A DNA stretch of 64,000 nt from a virus: positions 126,951 through 190,950 of the IMG/VR virus record IMGVR_UViG_3300042892_003815. The stretch is one strand, 5' to 3'. The notes beneath the pieces are model-generated. The model saw only the letters and a program-made list of their open reading frames with translations. It searched no databases and was not told where the DNA came from. Numbering within the stretch: the stretch's first letter is position 1; each line of letters opens with the position of its first letter. Of the stretch, positions 19,582 to 28,794 are shown in pieces. The translations under genes were made by a program, and so were the position numbers.

Positions 19582-19719
19582 ATGTCATTTGCAGCGGGTT
19601 GGCCAGGAACCAATAATAGAGATAATCATCAGTATAATACTGGTTGGATGATGTGGTTAGGTTTAAGACCTTCACGTAGAAAGAATAAAATTAAACGATT
19701 ATTTAATGTTAGTAGGTAG
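19582..19719 (+). CDS. Small hypothetical protein (45 aa), not in the ORF track
   Basis: MSFAAGWPGTNNRDNHQYNTGWMMWLGLRPSRRKNKIKRLFNVSR*; fills the gap between genes and carries the R-x-x-K-I motif. Confidence 0.6.
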   Translation: MSFAAGWPGTNNRDNHQYNTGWMMWLGLRPSRRKNKIKRLFNVSR

Positions 19720-19936
19720 AAAAGGTAAAGAAGTGGAACCAGGTTATATTTATACACCTTATGTAATGGCACAAAGTATAACTACTATCCAGTATAAACA
19801 CTATTTTAGAAAAAGTAAGATTAGAAGATTACTTGGAATACCATCAGTAGATAGTATAATAAAAAGTAGATATGCAACTAAAAAAGTAAATAATAATTTT
19901 TACACAACAATAGATATAAAAAAACCACTCAATTGA
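19706..19936 (+). CDS. Small protein resembling the C-terminal segment of T4-like major capsid protein gp23
   Basis: PGYIYTPYV…SRYATKKVNNNFYTTI resembles the G(Y/L)xYxPYVP…TRYxxxxVxxxFYxxI tail of gp23-family capsids. Confidence 0.55.
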   Translation: MLVGRKGKEVEPGYIYTPYVMAQSITTIQYKHYFRKSKIRRLLGIPSVDSIIKSRYATKKVNNNFYTTIDIKKPLN

Positions 19937-19945
19937 GTGGTTTTT
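19921..19945. terminator. Bidirectional intrinsic terminator
   Basis: AAAACCACTC-AATT-GAGTGGTTTT. Confidence 0.8.
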
Positions 19946-19948
19946 ATT

Positions 19949-20479
19949 TTATTTAGTAAATTTCAATTTGTAAAGAGTTTTATAAATTAAAACAACAATA
20001 TCATCAATTATACTATGTAAGTGTGTATCTTCTGCAGAGATAGCTTTTCTACCATGTTTTACAAATTCCACTAAAGATTCAAAGTATTCTACTTTTTCTT
20101 TAGTTCTTGTAGTATTAGTATCGATTACGTCATATCCATCAACAATACCATATTGTCCTTGATATGTTTCGATTAAATCATCAATAAGTTCTAAAATACC
20201 TTCATAGTACTCATTTAATGCAGTATGTGCAGCGTGAGAACCTTGTTCACCATTTACTTGTAAGTGGTAAATATGAGCCATCTCTCTTGATTCAAATAGT
20301 TTAGAGAAAAGTGAAACTGCACTTCCTGCATTTTCTCCTTCTTGTGGTTGTGGTTCTGGTTGTACAATTTTACCAGTTTGATCAACAACATTTTCTGGTT
20401 GTTGATCTACTTGTGGTAGATTAGCAGGAGCCACTTCTTCTTGTTCGTAGATTTTTCTTATAGTAGAAAACTTTTTCAT
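19949..20479 (-). CDS. Ferritin/Dps-like four-helix protein (DUF5856-like)
   Basis: AHIYHLQV…HAAHTALNEYYE…DDLIETYQGQYG pattern of phage Dps-like proteins. Confidence 0.65.
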   Translation of the reverse strand: MKKFSTIRKIYEQEEVAPANLPQVDQQPENVVDQTGKIVQPEPQPQEGENAGSAVSLFSKLFESREMAHIYHLQVNGEQGSHAAHTALNEYYEGILELIDDLIETYQGQYGIVDGYDVIDTNTTRTKEKVEYFESLVEFVKHGRKAISAEDTHLHSIIDDIVVLIYKTLYKLKFTK

Positions 20480-20560
20480 AATAAATTATTATTTTTTGTT
20501 TATATATTATTTTTCGATATATAACTTTTAATATATATATTAAAATTTAGAACATTAAAT

Positions 20561-20755
20561 ATGAAATTCATTAAAAAATATCAAATGTTTACGGAAGAGG
20601 TTGTAATAGATACACCTACTGCACCAGTAAAACCGATTTCTACAGAAGAAGATATATTGGAAGCATCAGAAGTTGATGTGATTGATAGATTTGCAAGACT
20701 TTATAAAGACTTACCAAAAGAAGAAAAACAACAAATAAATAATTACTTTAAATAA
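20561..20755 (+). CDS. Small hypothetical protein, capsid-targeting-like N-terminus
   Basis: 64 aa ORF starting MKFIKKYQMFTEE. Confidence 0.7.
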   Translation: MKFIKKYQMFTEEVVIDTPTAPVKPISTEEDILEASEVDVIDRFARLYKDLPKEEKQQINNYFK

Positions 20756-20756
20756 T

Positions 20757-22481
20757 ATGAGAAAATTTTCAGATTTTATAAAAGAAGAAATAGATTTAAG
20801 AGGTAATAGAGGTATTCCAGGCGACTTTATGAGAAATTCAGAGGAAGAGGCTGGGAGAAATCTAGGTGTTAGAATTGATGATGAGAGTCAAATGAGAACT
20901 ATTTGGCCACAGTTTCAACAATTGATGAACCAATCTATGCAACTAATGATGCAAGGTCCTGATGGTAGACCATTAGGTAGAGAACAAATGCAAACAAGAC
21001 TTGTGGCACTTCAAAACTTAGCAAAAGATGTTATTATGGATGAGTATGGTGAAATACTTGAATCATCTGCAAAACCAGTAGAACTTGATATAAGATTAGT
21101 AAATCCAAATGAAGTTATAAGACAAATCTCAGATTTAAGAGATGTTCCACAAAATGCTAGAACACCACGTGAAGATGATACACATGAAGAAGATGAAGAA
21201 GACCAAACTGAACAAGATCAACAAGATAGTGATTGTGCAGATGGATCTTGCTCTAGTGTTGAAGGTGTGGATGAACCTACAGAAGAACCAGAAGATATAA
21301 CTGGTAATGTTTTGACTGCATCATTAAAGAAGAAGATTCTTAATATGTTGACTCAAGGTGAAGGTAAAGCAACTAAAGATATTATTAAGTTCTCACCACT
21401 TGTTGAGAATGGTTTACAACAAATATTTGGTGCAAATGGTGCAAGAATTTTAAGAATTTGGTCAGATATGTCTGACACTGCCGATAAAATGGACTGGGTT
21501 ATTCCAATTGCAAATAAAGCATCAATGATGAGTAATAATCCAGGTGGAATGGCTGGAGCAACAGATGTTACATGGGAAAGTTTAAATAACAGTATTTTCT
21601 CAATTGAACTATTGAAAGAAAACCAAAATTTTAATAAAATTACTATTAAAGCAGTCGGTGTTGATTTCCCAATGTTGATTCATGAAACAGTTAAAGGTAT
21701 TTACTTGTTGATTCAATCTGCTGCTATTAAAAAAGATAAAGAGTTTGCTAAAAAAGTAAAAACCGCAACTTCATCATTTATGGATGAGGCACAAGATTTT
21801 AGATATGGTGTAACTGCACAAGCAATGTTTAATGATTTTGTAAATGCTTGTAAAGATTCTCAAAAGTATAAACAAATGAGAACTAGAATATTTAGACTTT
21901 TGGCTAATGATAAAGATAAACTAACTTCAAAAGCAATAGAAATTTCTAAAACTGATAAAGACTTAGGTGCTATTATTAAAAAAGATGCAGATCTTGCCTT
22001 ATCTGATAATAAATTCTTAGAAGTATTTAATAGTTTATTCTCAGTTTTTGATAAAAAGATGGAGGCAGGTAAATTGGTATTCTTTATAAATGCAGAAAGA
22101 TTTAATCAATCAGAAGCGAAATTAGTAATTGAAAAACTAATTACACATGTTGTTGAGACAGAAGAAGATTACGAACGTTCTCTAAGAGAATGGGAGATGG
22201 AACAACAATTTGGACCTAAAACTAATTATGATGAACCAGAAGTTCCCGAAATGGCAGGAGAAGAGAATAGTACTCCAACTGAAACAGAAGATGATGGTGT
22301 TTATTCTGATGAAGACTTATCAAAAATGAGACAGAAAGATATACAAGAACTTGTAGATGACGCCTTAGATAAAGGAGATTATACAGAGGTTCAAAGACTT
22401 ACTAAGTTTCTTAAAGAAGGAGCTGAAATCTATTTAAAAGAAATAGAAAGAATAAACGAAAACCAACACACAAGAAGATAA
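20757..22481 (+). CDS. Hypothetical protein, capsid-targeting-like N-terminus
   Basis: 574 aa ORF starting MRKFSDFIKEE, with acidic linkers. Confidence 0.8.
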   Translation: MRKFSDFIKEEIDLRGNRGIPGDFMRNSEEEAGRNLGVRIDDESQMRTIWPQFQQLMNQSMQLMMQGPDGRPLGREQMQTRLVALQNLAKDVIMDEYGEILESSAKPVELDIRLVNPNEVIRQISDLRDVPQNARTPREDDTHEEDEEDQTEQDQQDSDCADGSCSSVEGVDEPTEEPEDITGNVLTASLKKKILNMLTQGEGKATKDIIKFSPLVENGLQQIFGANGARILRIWSDMSDTADKMDWVIPIANKASMMSNNPGGMAGATDVTWESLNNSIFSIELLKENQNFNKITIKAVGVDFPMLIHETVKGIYLLIQSAAIKKDKEFAKKVKTATSSFMDEAQDFRYGVTAQAMFNDFVNACKDSQKYKQMRTRIFRLLANDKDKLTSKAIEISKTDKDLGAIIKKDADLALSDNKFLEVFNSLFSVFDKKMEAGKLVFFINAERFNQSEAKLVIEKLITHVVETEEDYERSLREWEMEQQFGPKTNYDEPEVPEMAGEENSTPTETEDDGVYSDEDLSKMRQKDIQELVDDALDKGDYTEVQRLTKFLKEGAEIYLKEIERINENQHTRR

Positions 22482-22496
22482 AAATAAATTAAATTG

Positions 22497-24572
22497 ATGA
22501 AACTTTTTAAATACAACCAATTTCTAAATACCGATGTTTTAAATGAAAACTTGGATAAAGCTAAGAAATTTCTAAAGGAAAGATATACTTTACTAACTGC
22601 CGCTAAAGAACTTGATTTACTTCAAGGTGAATTGGCTGCACAGATTGAACATAAAGAAATTAGATCTGTTAGATTGATTGATTTTCAACCAGAAGCAAGA
22701 GAACAAATTAAAATGAAATTGAGAGACATTTCAGTTACTCCTGAACTTCTTAAAACATTTGATAAAACACCTGAGTTTACTGCAGTAAGAACATTAAAAA
22801 CAAAAGTTAAAGGTTCAAAAGGTGAGAAAGAATTTCAATTAGATAGAGACAATATTGGTTGGCTATCTAACTTTACTTACTTCTATTATTTTGAGAATGT
22901 TCCATTAGAAGATTTATCAGTAGTTTATAGAAGATTATTACAAAACAAAGACATTTTACAAAATCTTACAATCGAAAAGGATAAAGGTGTATTTACAAAA
23001 ATACAATTTGATGCTAATTTTATAAATGAGAATGTATTTAATAACATTGAGTTACTAACTGACGGATTAGATAGATTAGAAAGTTCAAGAAAGATTAAAA
23101 AAATGTATGATACGTTAACTCCTGAGTTAAAAAAATCATATGACGATGCATCTGACTTAAATAAGAATAGATTCTTATCGGTTGCGGTTGGTTTCGAACA
23201 ATTAGGATTGAGAAATGATGGTACTGTTGATGAGGCAAAGAAAAAAGAAGTATGGGATAGTTTCTTTGGTAGAATGTCACCAGACACAAGACCATTAAAA
23301 CCAGATGGTAGTCCAAATCCAACTTTTGGTAAAATAGTTTATCAATCAACATTAAAAAGATACGAGAATATACACGCATTCATTATTGCAGCAAATGGTC
23401 ACTTAGCATCTTATGAGATGGATGGATTCACTAAATTCAATGAATTGATTACTACTTGTAACTCAAGACTAGGTGCTGCAGGTGTTGAGAAAGTTTTCAA
23501 TGAAAATGGTATTCTTATTTTAGAGGTAAACTCATTTGCAGCCAATCAAATTGTAAATGGACACACCTCTCACTGTATTAAGGATAGTAAATATCAATGG
23601 GATAGTTATGTAGAAAATCATGATAATAAACAATACTATATTTATAACTTCCACGTACCATTGAGAGATGATTTCTCTACAATTGGTATTACAATTGAAC
23701 CAGGAAAAAGAGTTAGAGCGTGTCATAATAGACCGGATCACTCTGTTGGTACAGAACAATTTAAAAACATATTAAAAAAATGGGAGAATGAATATAACAT
23801 TGATAAAGATTTATGGTCATTCTTCTTACCAATGGATGGTGAAGAAATTAGAAAAAGACAAAAAGCCAAAGAAGCTAATAGGGAAATTGTTAAACCTGGA
23901 TTAAGTATGGCTAAAATTATTGAATATGTTACTGAATATGGTGCAGACATCAATAAAGATAACGCAAAATGTTTATTTAATGCTGTATCGGAAGATAACT
24001 ATGAAAAAGTAGAATTGATCTTAAAATTAGGTGGATTACCTAACTTAGCAAAAGGGAAAGATGCTCCTATTTCAAAGGCAACAAATCTTAATATGATTAA
24101 ACTTTTAGTTGATTACGGTTCAGAGATGACAAGTGATGTATTTAAAAGTGTTGTTCCTGATACAGAAGCATTAGATTATTGTTTAAAAGCAGGTTTAGAT
24201 CCATTATTTAGTCATAATATGCCACTTAGAAAATGTTTCCAAGGTAACTATGAACAAATGCCTGGTTATCCAACTGCTAAACAAAAAGGAGAACCTTACT
24301 GGGAATCATTCTTAATGATGATGAAATATCTTGAAAGAAAAGATGTTGTTCAAACACTTTTAAATAAAGGTGGTATGATCACTAAATGGGCAACTGACTA
24401 TGGTAGAACAGAATGTTTAGAATATTTTGAAAAAACAGGAGTTTATAAAAAATACAATGATAAAGAATGGAAAGATTTATTTGAATGGGTAGAAATTGCT
24501 AGAATGAGTAGTGATAAAACTAAAGAAGAAACTTTAAAATTTATCAAAGAATTAAAAGAAAGAAATTCATAA
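22497..24572 (+). CDS. Protein with C-terminal ankyrin-like repeats
   Basis: EYGADINKD…LFNAVSEDNYEKVELILKLGG and WATDYGRTECLEYF; ATG at 22497 follows the TTG used by the track. Confidence 0.7.
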   Translation: MKLFKYNQFLNTDVLNENLDKAKKFLKERYTLLTAAKELDLLQGELAAQIEHKEIRSVRLIDFQPEAREQIKMKLRDISVTPELLKTFDKTPEFTAVRTLKTKVKGSKGEKEFQLDRDNIGWLSNFTYFYYFENVPLEDLSVVYRRLLQNKDILQNLTIEKDKGVFTKIQFDANFINENVFNNIELLTDGLDRLESSRKIKKMYDTLTPELKKSYDDASDLNKNRFLSVAVGFEQLGLRNDGTVDEAKKKEVWDSFFGRMSPDTRPLKPDGSPNPTFGKIVYQSTLKRYENIHAFIIAANGHLASYEMDGFTKFNELITTCNSRLGAAGVEKVFNENGILILEVNSFAANQIVNGHTSHCIKDSKYQWDSYVENHDNKQYYIYNFHVPLRDDFSTIGITIEPGKRVRACHNRPDHSVGTEQFKNILKKWENEYNIDKDLWSFFLPMDGEEIRKRQKAKEANREIVKPGLSMAKIIEYVTEYGADINKDNAKCLFNAVSEDNYEKVELILKLGGLPNLAKGKDAPISKATNLNMIKLLVDYGSEMTSDVFKSVVPDTEALDYCLKAGLDPLFSHNMPLRKCFQGNYEQMPGYPTAKQKGEPYWESFLMMMKYLERKDVVQTLLNKGGMITKWATDYGRTECLEYFEKTGVYKKYNDKEWKDLFEWVEIARMSSDKTKEETLKFIKELKERNS

Positions 24573-24578
24573 AAAGTA

Positions 24579-24603
24579 AAAACCAATCATTAAGATTGGT
24601 TTT
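24579..24603. terminator. Bidirectional intrinsic terminator
   Basis: AAAACCAATC-ATTAA-GATTGGTTTT. Confidence 0.8.
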
Positions 24604-25315
24604 CTTTTTTTATTACCATATAGATTAGATACGCATCATTTACATCTTCATAAGGCTTCTGTATCTGTTTAGGTTCTAATATGTCTGTTTTAATAAACTT
24701 ACAATGTTTAGCCCAATAATCATCTAAACAATCATTATCAACAATTGCTAAGAACATATCTGTCTTAGTGAATTTTCCACCAGGTATTCCAAGTGGGTTT
24801 CTCCATTCTTCTTTAATAGTGATTTTCTTTTTACCTATCTCTTTAATAATCGGTGCATAAGTCAATTTACAAGATTCTAACTTTAATGTAGAAGGAGAAA
24901 GTACAAAAATATCTTCTGATATTTTATCAAATAGTTTCTTTCTTAAAATAGTAGAAAAAGTAACTAAATCAATAATATCTCCAGCAGCAGATGAAAATGA
25001 ATAACCTTCAATTCCAATTTTAGTAGGTTTATTAGTGTCAATATTTTCTAATATGTCACTAATAATGGTATCACTAATTTTATCATAATCTTTTAGTTTT
25101 ACTAATTCACCTTCTGAATAATCTTTATATTCACGATACTCAATAAATTTATAAGTAATAAATTCTTCTGCTAAGCCAAACCACTTTGTGATTCCTTTTT
25201 TACCAAATACTTTAGACTCTCTACAATAGTTGTAAATTTTAAATGTATCTCCTGATGAAACAACCAATGCGGTTGAAATAAGAGATGGGTCAATTGCTAT
25301 AATGTTATATTCCAT
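24590..25315 (-). CDS. RuvC-like (RNase H fold) nuclease / Holliday junction resolvase
   Basis: IIAIDPSLISTA, IGIEGYSF and DVNDAYLI acidic catalytic pattern. Confidence 0.7.
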   Translation of the reverse strand: MEYNIIAIDPSLISTALVVSSGDTFKIYNYCRESKVFGKKGITKWFGLAEEFITYKFIEYREYKDYSEGELVKLKDYDKISDTIISDILENIDTNKPTKIGIEGYSFSSAAGDIIDLVTFSTILRKKLFDKISEDIFVLSPSTLKLESCKLTYAPIIKEIGKKKITIKEEWRNPLGIPGGKFTKTDMFLAIVDNDCLDDYWAKHCKFIKTDILEPKQIQKPYEDVNDAYLIYMVIKKENQS

Positions 25316-25352
25316 AAACTATATAGTAATGCTACATGTTTTCCTTTTTTAT

Positions 25353-25383
25353 TTTGTTTATTAAAATAATTATTGTATATTTG
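25353..25383 (+). promoter_or_regulatory. Bacteroidota-type sigma promoter (-33 TTTG / -7 TAnnTTTG)
   Basis: TTTG 25353-25356, 19 nt spacer, TATATTTG 25376-25383. Confidence 0.75.
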
Positions 25384-25399
25384 TAGAAATAATAAAAAT

Positions 25400-25852
25400 A
25401 TGACGGGTAAGAAATTAAATCATTCTGATGCACTTAAATTTATTTTCGCAGGTAAATCAACATTTACCGTTATCAATACTCAAACTGATAACAGATTTAC
25501 ATTCTCTTTAAAACTATCAAAAACTAGTAATCTATTTTTTGTTAAAGTTTTATCTGGACCTGATACCTATACTTACATTGGAACTTGTGCAAATGGATAC
25601 TTTAAACATTCAAAAAAATCTGTTATTTCTGTAGATGCACAATCTGTAAAAGCTTTTAATTACATTCTTAATAGACTAAGAATGAATACTCTTCAAGATT
25701 TTGTTGAGATATGGCACGAGGGTAAATGTGGGAAGTGTGGTAAAGCTTTAACAGTACCATCTAGTATAGAGAACGGATTAGGACCAAGTTGTCTTAAAAA
25801 GCTCTCTAAACAAGAAAAACGAGATAAGTTTTTAGAACTAATTTTAGCATAA
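25400..25852 (+). CDS. DUF6011-like zinc-finger protein
   Basis: AGKSTFTV…WHEGKCGKCGKALTVPSSIENGLGPSC. Start moved to ATG 25400 because the track's TTG lies in the promoter. Confidence 0.75.
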   Translation: MTGKKLNHSDALKFIFAGKSTFTVINTQTDNRFTFSLKLSKTSNLFFVKVLSGPDTYTYIGTCANGYFKHSKKSVISVDAQSVKAFNYILNRLRMNTLQDFVEIWHEGKCGKCGKALTVPSSIENGLGPSCLKKLSKQEKRDKFLELILA

Positions 25853-26385
25853 TGACAGTATCATTCTTTTTTACCATACTATCATTTTTAGTAATGATTA
25901 TTGTATCAGTTCTAACATATAGATTACATAGGAAAAAAAAACTAATAACATTTGATGTACAACAAGGTATCAAATGTTATTCGTGTAAACAGGATATTGT
26001 ACCAGATATAGAACAAAATCAACTAGATAAATTTAATCAACTTAGTAACATATATACAAGAATTTCACAAGATGAAAAGTCACAAGATTTTAAAATGTGT
26101 ATGTCTTGTAGTAGAGACGAAAAGTTACAAGATCTGACTAGTAAATTTTTTATAAAAAAACAGAATATCAACAATATTAAAAGATCACTTTACTCTAAAA
26201 AACTTGATAAGATGTTTATCTTATTTCTTTTTATAATGATTTTTGGGCATGTTATTGATTTTACTATCAGATATTACTCTGATTTAAAAACACCATTTGG
26301 ATCTTTATTTACAATACTTTATTGGCTTCTTTGGTATAAGAAAAGTACTTTAAGTTATGGAGAAAACAAAAAACCCTCAAATTAG
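25852..26385 (+). CDS. Hypothetical membrane protein with CxxC pair
   Basis: Three hydrophobic segments; CYSC and CMSC motifs. Confidence 0.7.
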   Translation: MTVSFFFTILSFLVMIIVSVLTYRLHRKKKLITFDVQQGIKCYSCKQDIVPDIEQNQLDKFNQLSNIYTRISQDEKSQDFKMCMSCSRDEKLQDLTSKFFIKKQNINNIKRSLYSKKLDKMFILFLFIMIFGHVIDFTIRYYSDLKTPFGSLFTILYWLLWYKKSTLSYGENKKPSN

Positions 26386-26399
26386 ATTTGAGGGTTTTT
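26368..26399. terminator. Bidirectional intrinsic terminator
   Basis: AAAAACCCTCAAA-TTAGA-TTTGAGGGTTTTT. Confidence 0.85.
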
Positions 26400-26479
26400 C
26401 AGGGTCAACCGGTTAGTTGAACTTCCACCACCTTATTTTGAGAAATAAGGAAAAATAAACTATAAACTACTACTACTTA

Positions 26480-26653
26480 TTACTGAGCTTTAGCTTCATT
26501 AACCGATTCCGTTCTGTAAGGAGTTACTAATTTTTTAATTTCTCCTAATGCTTTACGAGCATCTGCATCAGATTTTTTAGTTGTTTTGTTGTGGTTTGTA
26601 TCAAATTGTTCCCACAAAGTTTTTAACTGTTCGTAAATTTCTTGTTTTGTCAT
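26480..26653 (-). CDS. Histone H1-like (Hc1-type) small nucleoid protein
   Basis: MTKQEIYEQLKTLWEQF…KKSDADARKALGEIKKLVTPYRTESV resembles the Bacteroidota Hc1-like family; start moved to the ATG at 26653. Confidence 0.65.
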   Translation of the reverse strand: MTKQEIYEQLKTLWEQFDTNHNKTTKKSDADARKALGEIKKLVTPYRTESVNEAKAQ

Positions 26654-26707
26654 AATAATTTTATTTTTTTTTGTTTTTAAACCCACTTATTTAAGGGGTT
26701 TTAATTT

Positions 26708-27940
26708 TTATCCGAAAATATCATCAGCATCTGCAGAATCTGTAAATCCGTTATCATCTGTTGTATCATCTTCATCACCGATAATACCGTTAAATTGTTT
26801 TTCTACTTCTTCTATTTCATCTAAAGACTTAAATCTAAAGTAATCATTTACAATTGGTGCCATTTTTTCTAATATCTCTTGAGTAAATATCTCTTGAGTA
26901 AATAGATTTTTTGTTGCAACTTTTTTATTTAAGTGACTTACATACCAAAAGTTTCCTCCAGGTATAAAAGTAAGTTCTCCAGTTGTTTTATCAACTTCTT
27001 CTTTACCTTTTGCAATACCAATTTTATCAAAATACTCTGGTCTACAGAAAGCATCTAATCCTGTGTAAGGATTCATACCGTGTGCAAATGAAATATCAAA
27101 TCTAATTTTCTTAGGTTTTGCCATACGGTTTTTCATAGTTTTAAATAAAACCGAAATACCACTTGAACCTAAATCCATATCATCTTCTTCACCAGTTTTT
27201 AGTTTTGATTTTGACATCATACCAATAACTGAAGCAGAATATAAAAGTCCATTACCACCTTTTAATTTTTCCTGACTAAACATATCTAAAGTCATATAAG
27301 TGTGGTTACATACAATCATAGGTATATCTAAGAAACCTAAATCTGTATTGATACTTCTAAACATAGAGCCAAGTGCTTTAGCTTTAGTCATATCCTGTTT
27401 AATGTTACCTGCTAATAAATCTTCTTTTTCTTTGTTAGATGCCATTTGACCCAATGAGTCTAATACAATCATTAGTTTAGGCAATTCAAACCCGGCCATT
27501 TTTTGTTCTTTCAAATCATCTAACAGTTGAGTCAATAACATATTTACATCTTCAACTTTATTAGATCTAATCAATCTGAATTTTTCTAATGAGTTATCAA
27601 TTCCAAATTTTGGAATATCTTCTAAGTCAATTGCTTGTTCTGTATCAATGTAAATAACAGAGTATCCTGCTTTTTGTGCATGTTTAGCACAAGAGTAAGC
27701 TACAAATGATTTACCTGCACCAGATTCACCCGCAAATGCAGTGATTCTATTATTAGCAACTCCACCACCAAGTAATTTTCCTGATAATGCAGCATCTAAT
27801 AAATAAACACCAGTTGTAATAAATTGTTTTTCTTTAATTTCTTTCTCAATTTGAATTGGCACTGACTTTGCAATATTATCTAATATCGAACCAATCTTAC
27901 TAAACTCAAACTTCTTTCCTTCTTTAACTTGTTTCGCCAT
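26708..27940 (-). CDS. uvsX: RecA/UvsX-like recombinase
   Basis: TTGVYLLDAALSG, Walker A GESGAGKS, YIDTE, VLDSLG, NHTY, GGNGLLYSAS. Confidence 0.92.
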   Translation of the reverse strand: MAKQVKEGKKFEFSKIGSILDNIAKSVPIQIEKEIKEKQFITTGVYLLDAALSGKLLGGGVANNRITAFAGESGAGKSFVAYSCAKHAQKAGYSVIYIDTEQAIDLEDIPKFGIDNSLEKFRLIRSNKVEDVNMLLTQLLDDLKEQKMAGFELPKLMIVLDSLGQMASNKEKEDLLAGNIKQDMTKAKALGSMFRSINTDLGFLDIPMIVCNHTYMTLDMFSQEKLKGGNGLLYSASVIGMMSKSKLKTGEEDDMDLGSSGISVLFKTMKNRMAKPKKIRFDISFAHGMNPYTGLDAFCRPEYFDKIGIAKGKEEVDKTTGELTFIPGGNFWYVSHLNKKVATKNLFTQEIFTQEILEKMAPIVNDYFRFKSLDEIEEVEKQFNGIIGDEDDTTDDNGFTDSADADDIFG

Positions 27941-28052
27941 AATTTTTGATTATTTAATTTTTCTTATAATGTATATATAAACTTATTCTACTCCCCTTTC
28001 AACATTTTTTAAAAAAGTTTTGAAAGAGGGTACAATTTTTTATATATAAGTT

Positions 28053-28778
28053 ATGGATAGATTAAAATTTTTAGAAAAGGCACATAATATACACGGATAT
28101 AAGTATGAATATATAGATTTATCTGATAAAGTAAAGGTATCAGATACTATAAAAGTTAAATTTGACGATATTGTTTATTATCAAAAAGTAATAAAACATT
28201 TAACTGGTAGATGTCCAGAGAAAATAATGTATAAAAAAACAACAGAAGAATTTATATTAGAAGCAAAAAAAGTATGGGAAGATAAATATGATTATTCTTT
28301 AACTAAATATGAAGGTGCTTTAAATAATATTAAAGTCATTTATAATGGTATTGTTTATGAACAAAGAGCTAAATCTCATTTAGAAGGATTAGCACCAGAG
28401 TTTAGAAAGAATGAAGAGTCTATATTAAATGATACTTTAAATAAATATGATTTAGAAGGAGAAAAAGAAATTATGGATTTTCTTAAAAAATTTAATATAG
28501 ATTATAAACATAAACTATTTATTGATAATATGTCATTTGACTTTTATATTGAGTCTATTAGAACATGTATTGAGTTTGATGGATTATATCACTTTGAACC
28601 TGTTGATACATTAGGTGGCTCTAAAACCTATCAAAGAATGAAGTTAAATGATAAAATTAAGAATGATTATTGTGAAGAGAATTATATAAATCTTATTAGA
28701 ATTAAATATGACCAAATTGATAATATCTTTCAGTTTTTATGGGAGAATTTAAGAATGTATATAAAAAAACCCAACTAA
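28053..28778 (+). mobile_element. Free-standing putative homing endonuclease (DUF723-like repeats plus PD-(D/E)xK/Vsr-like nuclease)
   Basis: KAHNIHGYKYEY and FILEAKKVWEDKYDYS repeats; FDFYI…CIEFDGLYH…KNDYC…LIRI nuclease domain. Confidence 0.75.
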
Positions 28779-28790
28779 TTGTTGGGTTTT
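28766..28790. terminator. Bidirectional intrinsic terminator
   Basis: AAAACCCAAC-TAATT-GTTGGGTTTT. Confidence 0.8.
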
Positions 28791-28794
28791 TACT

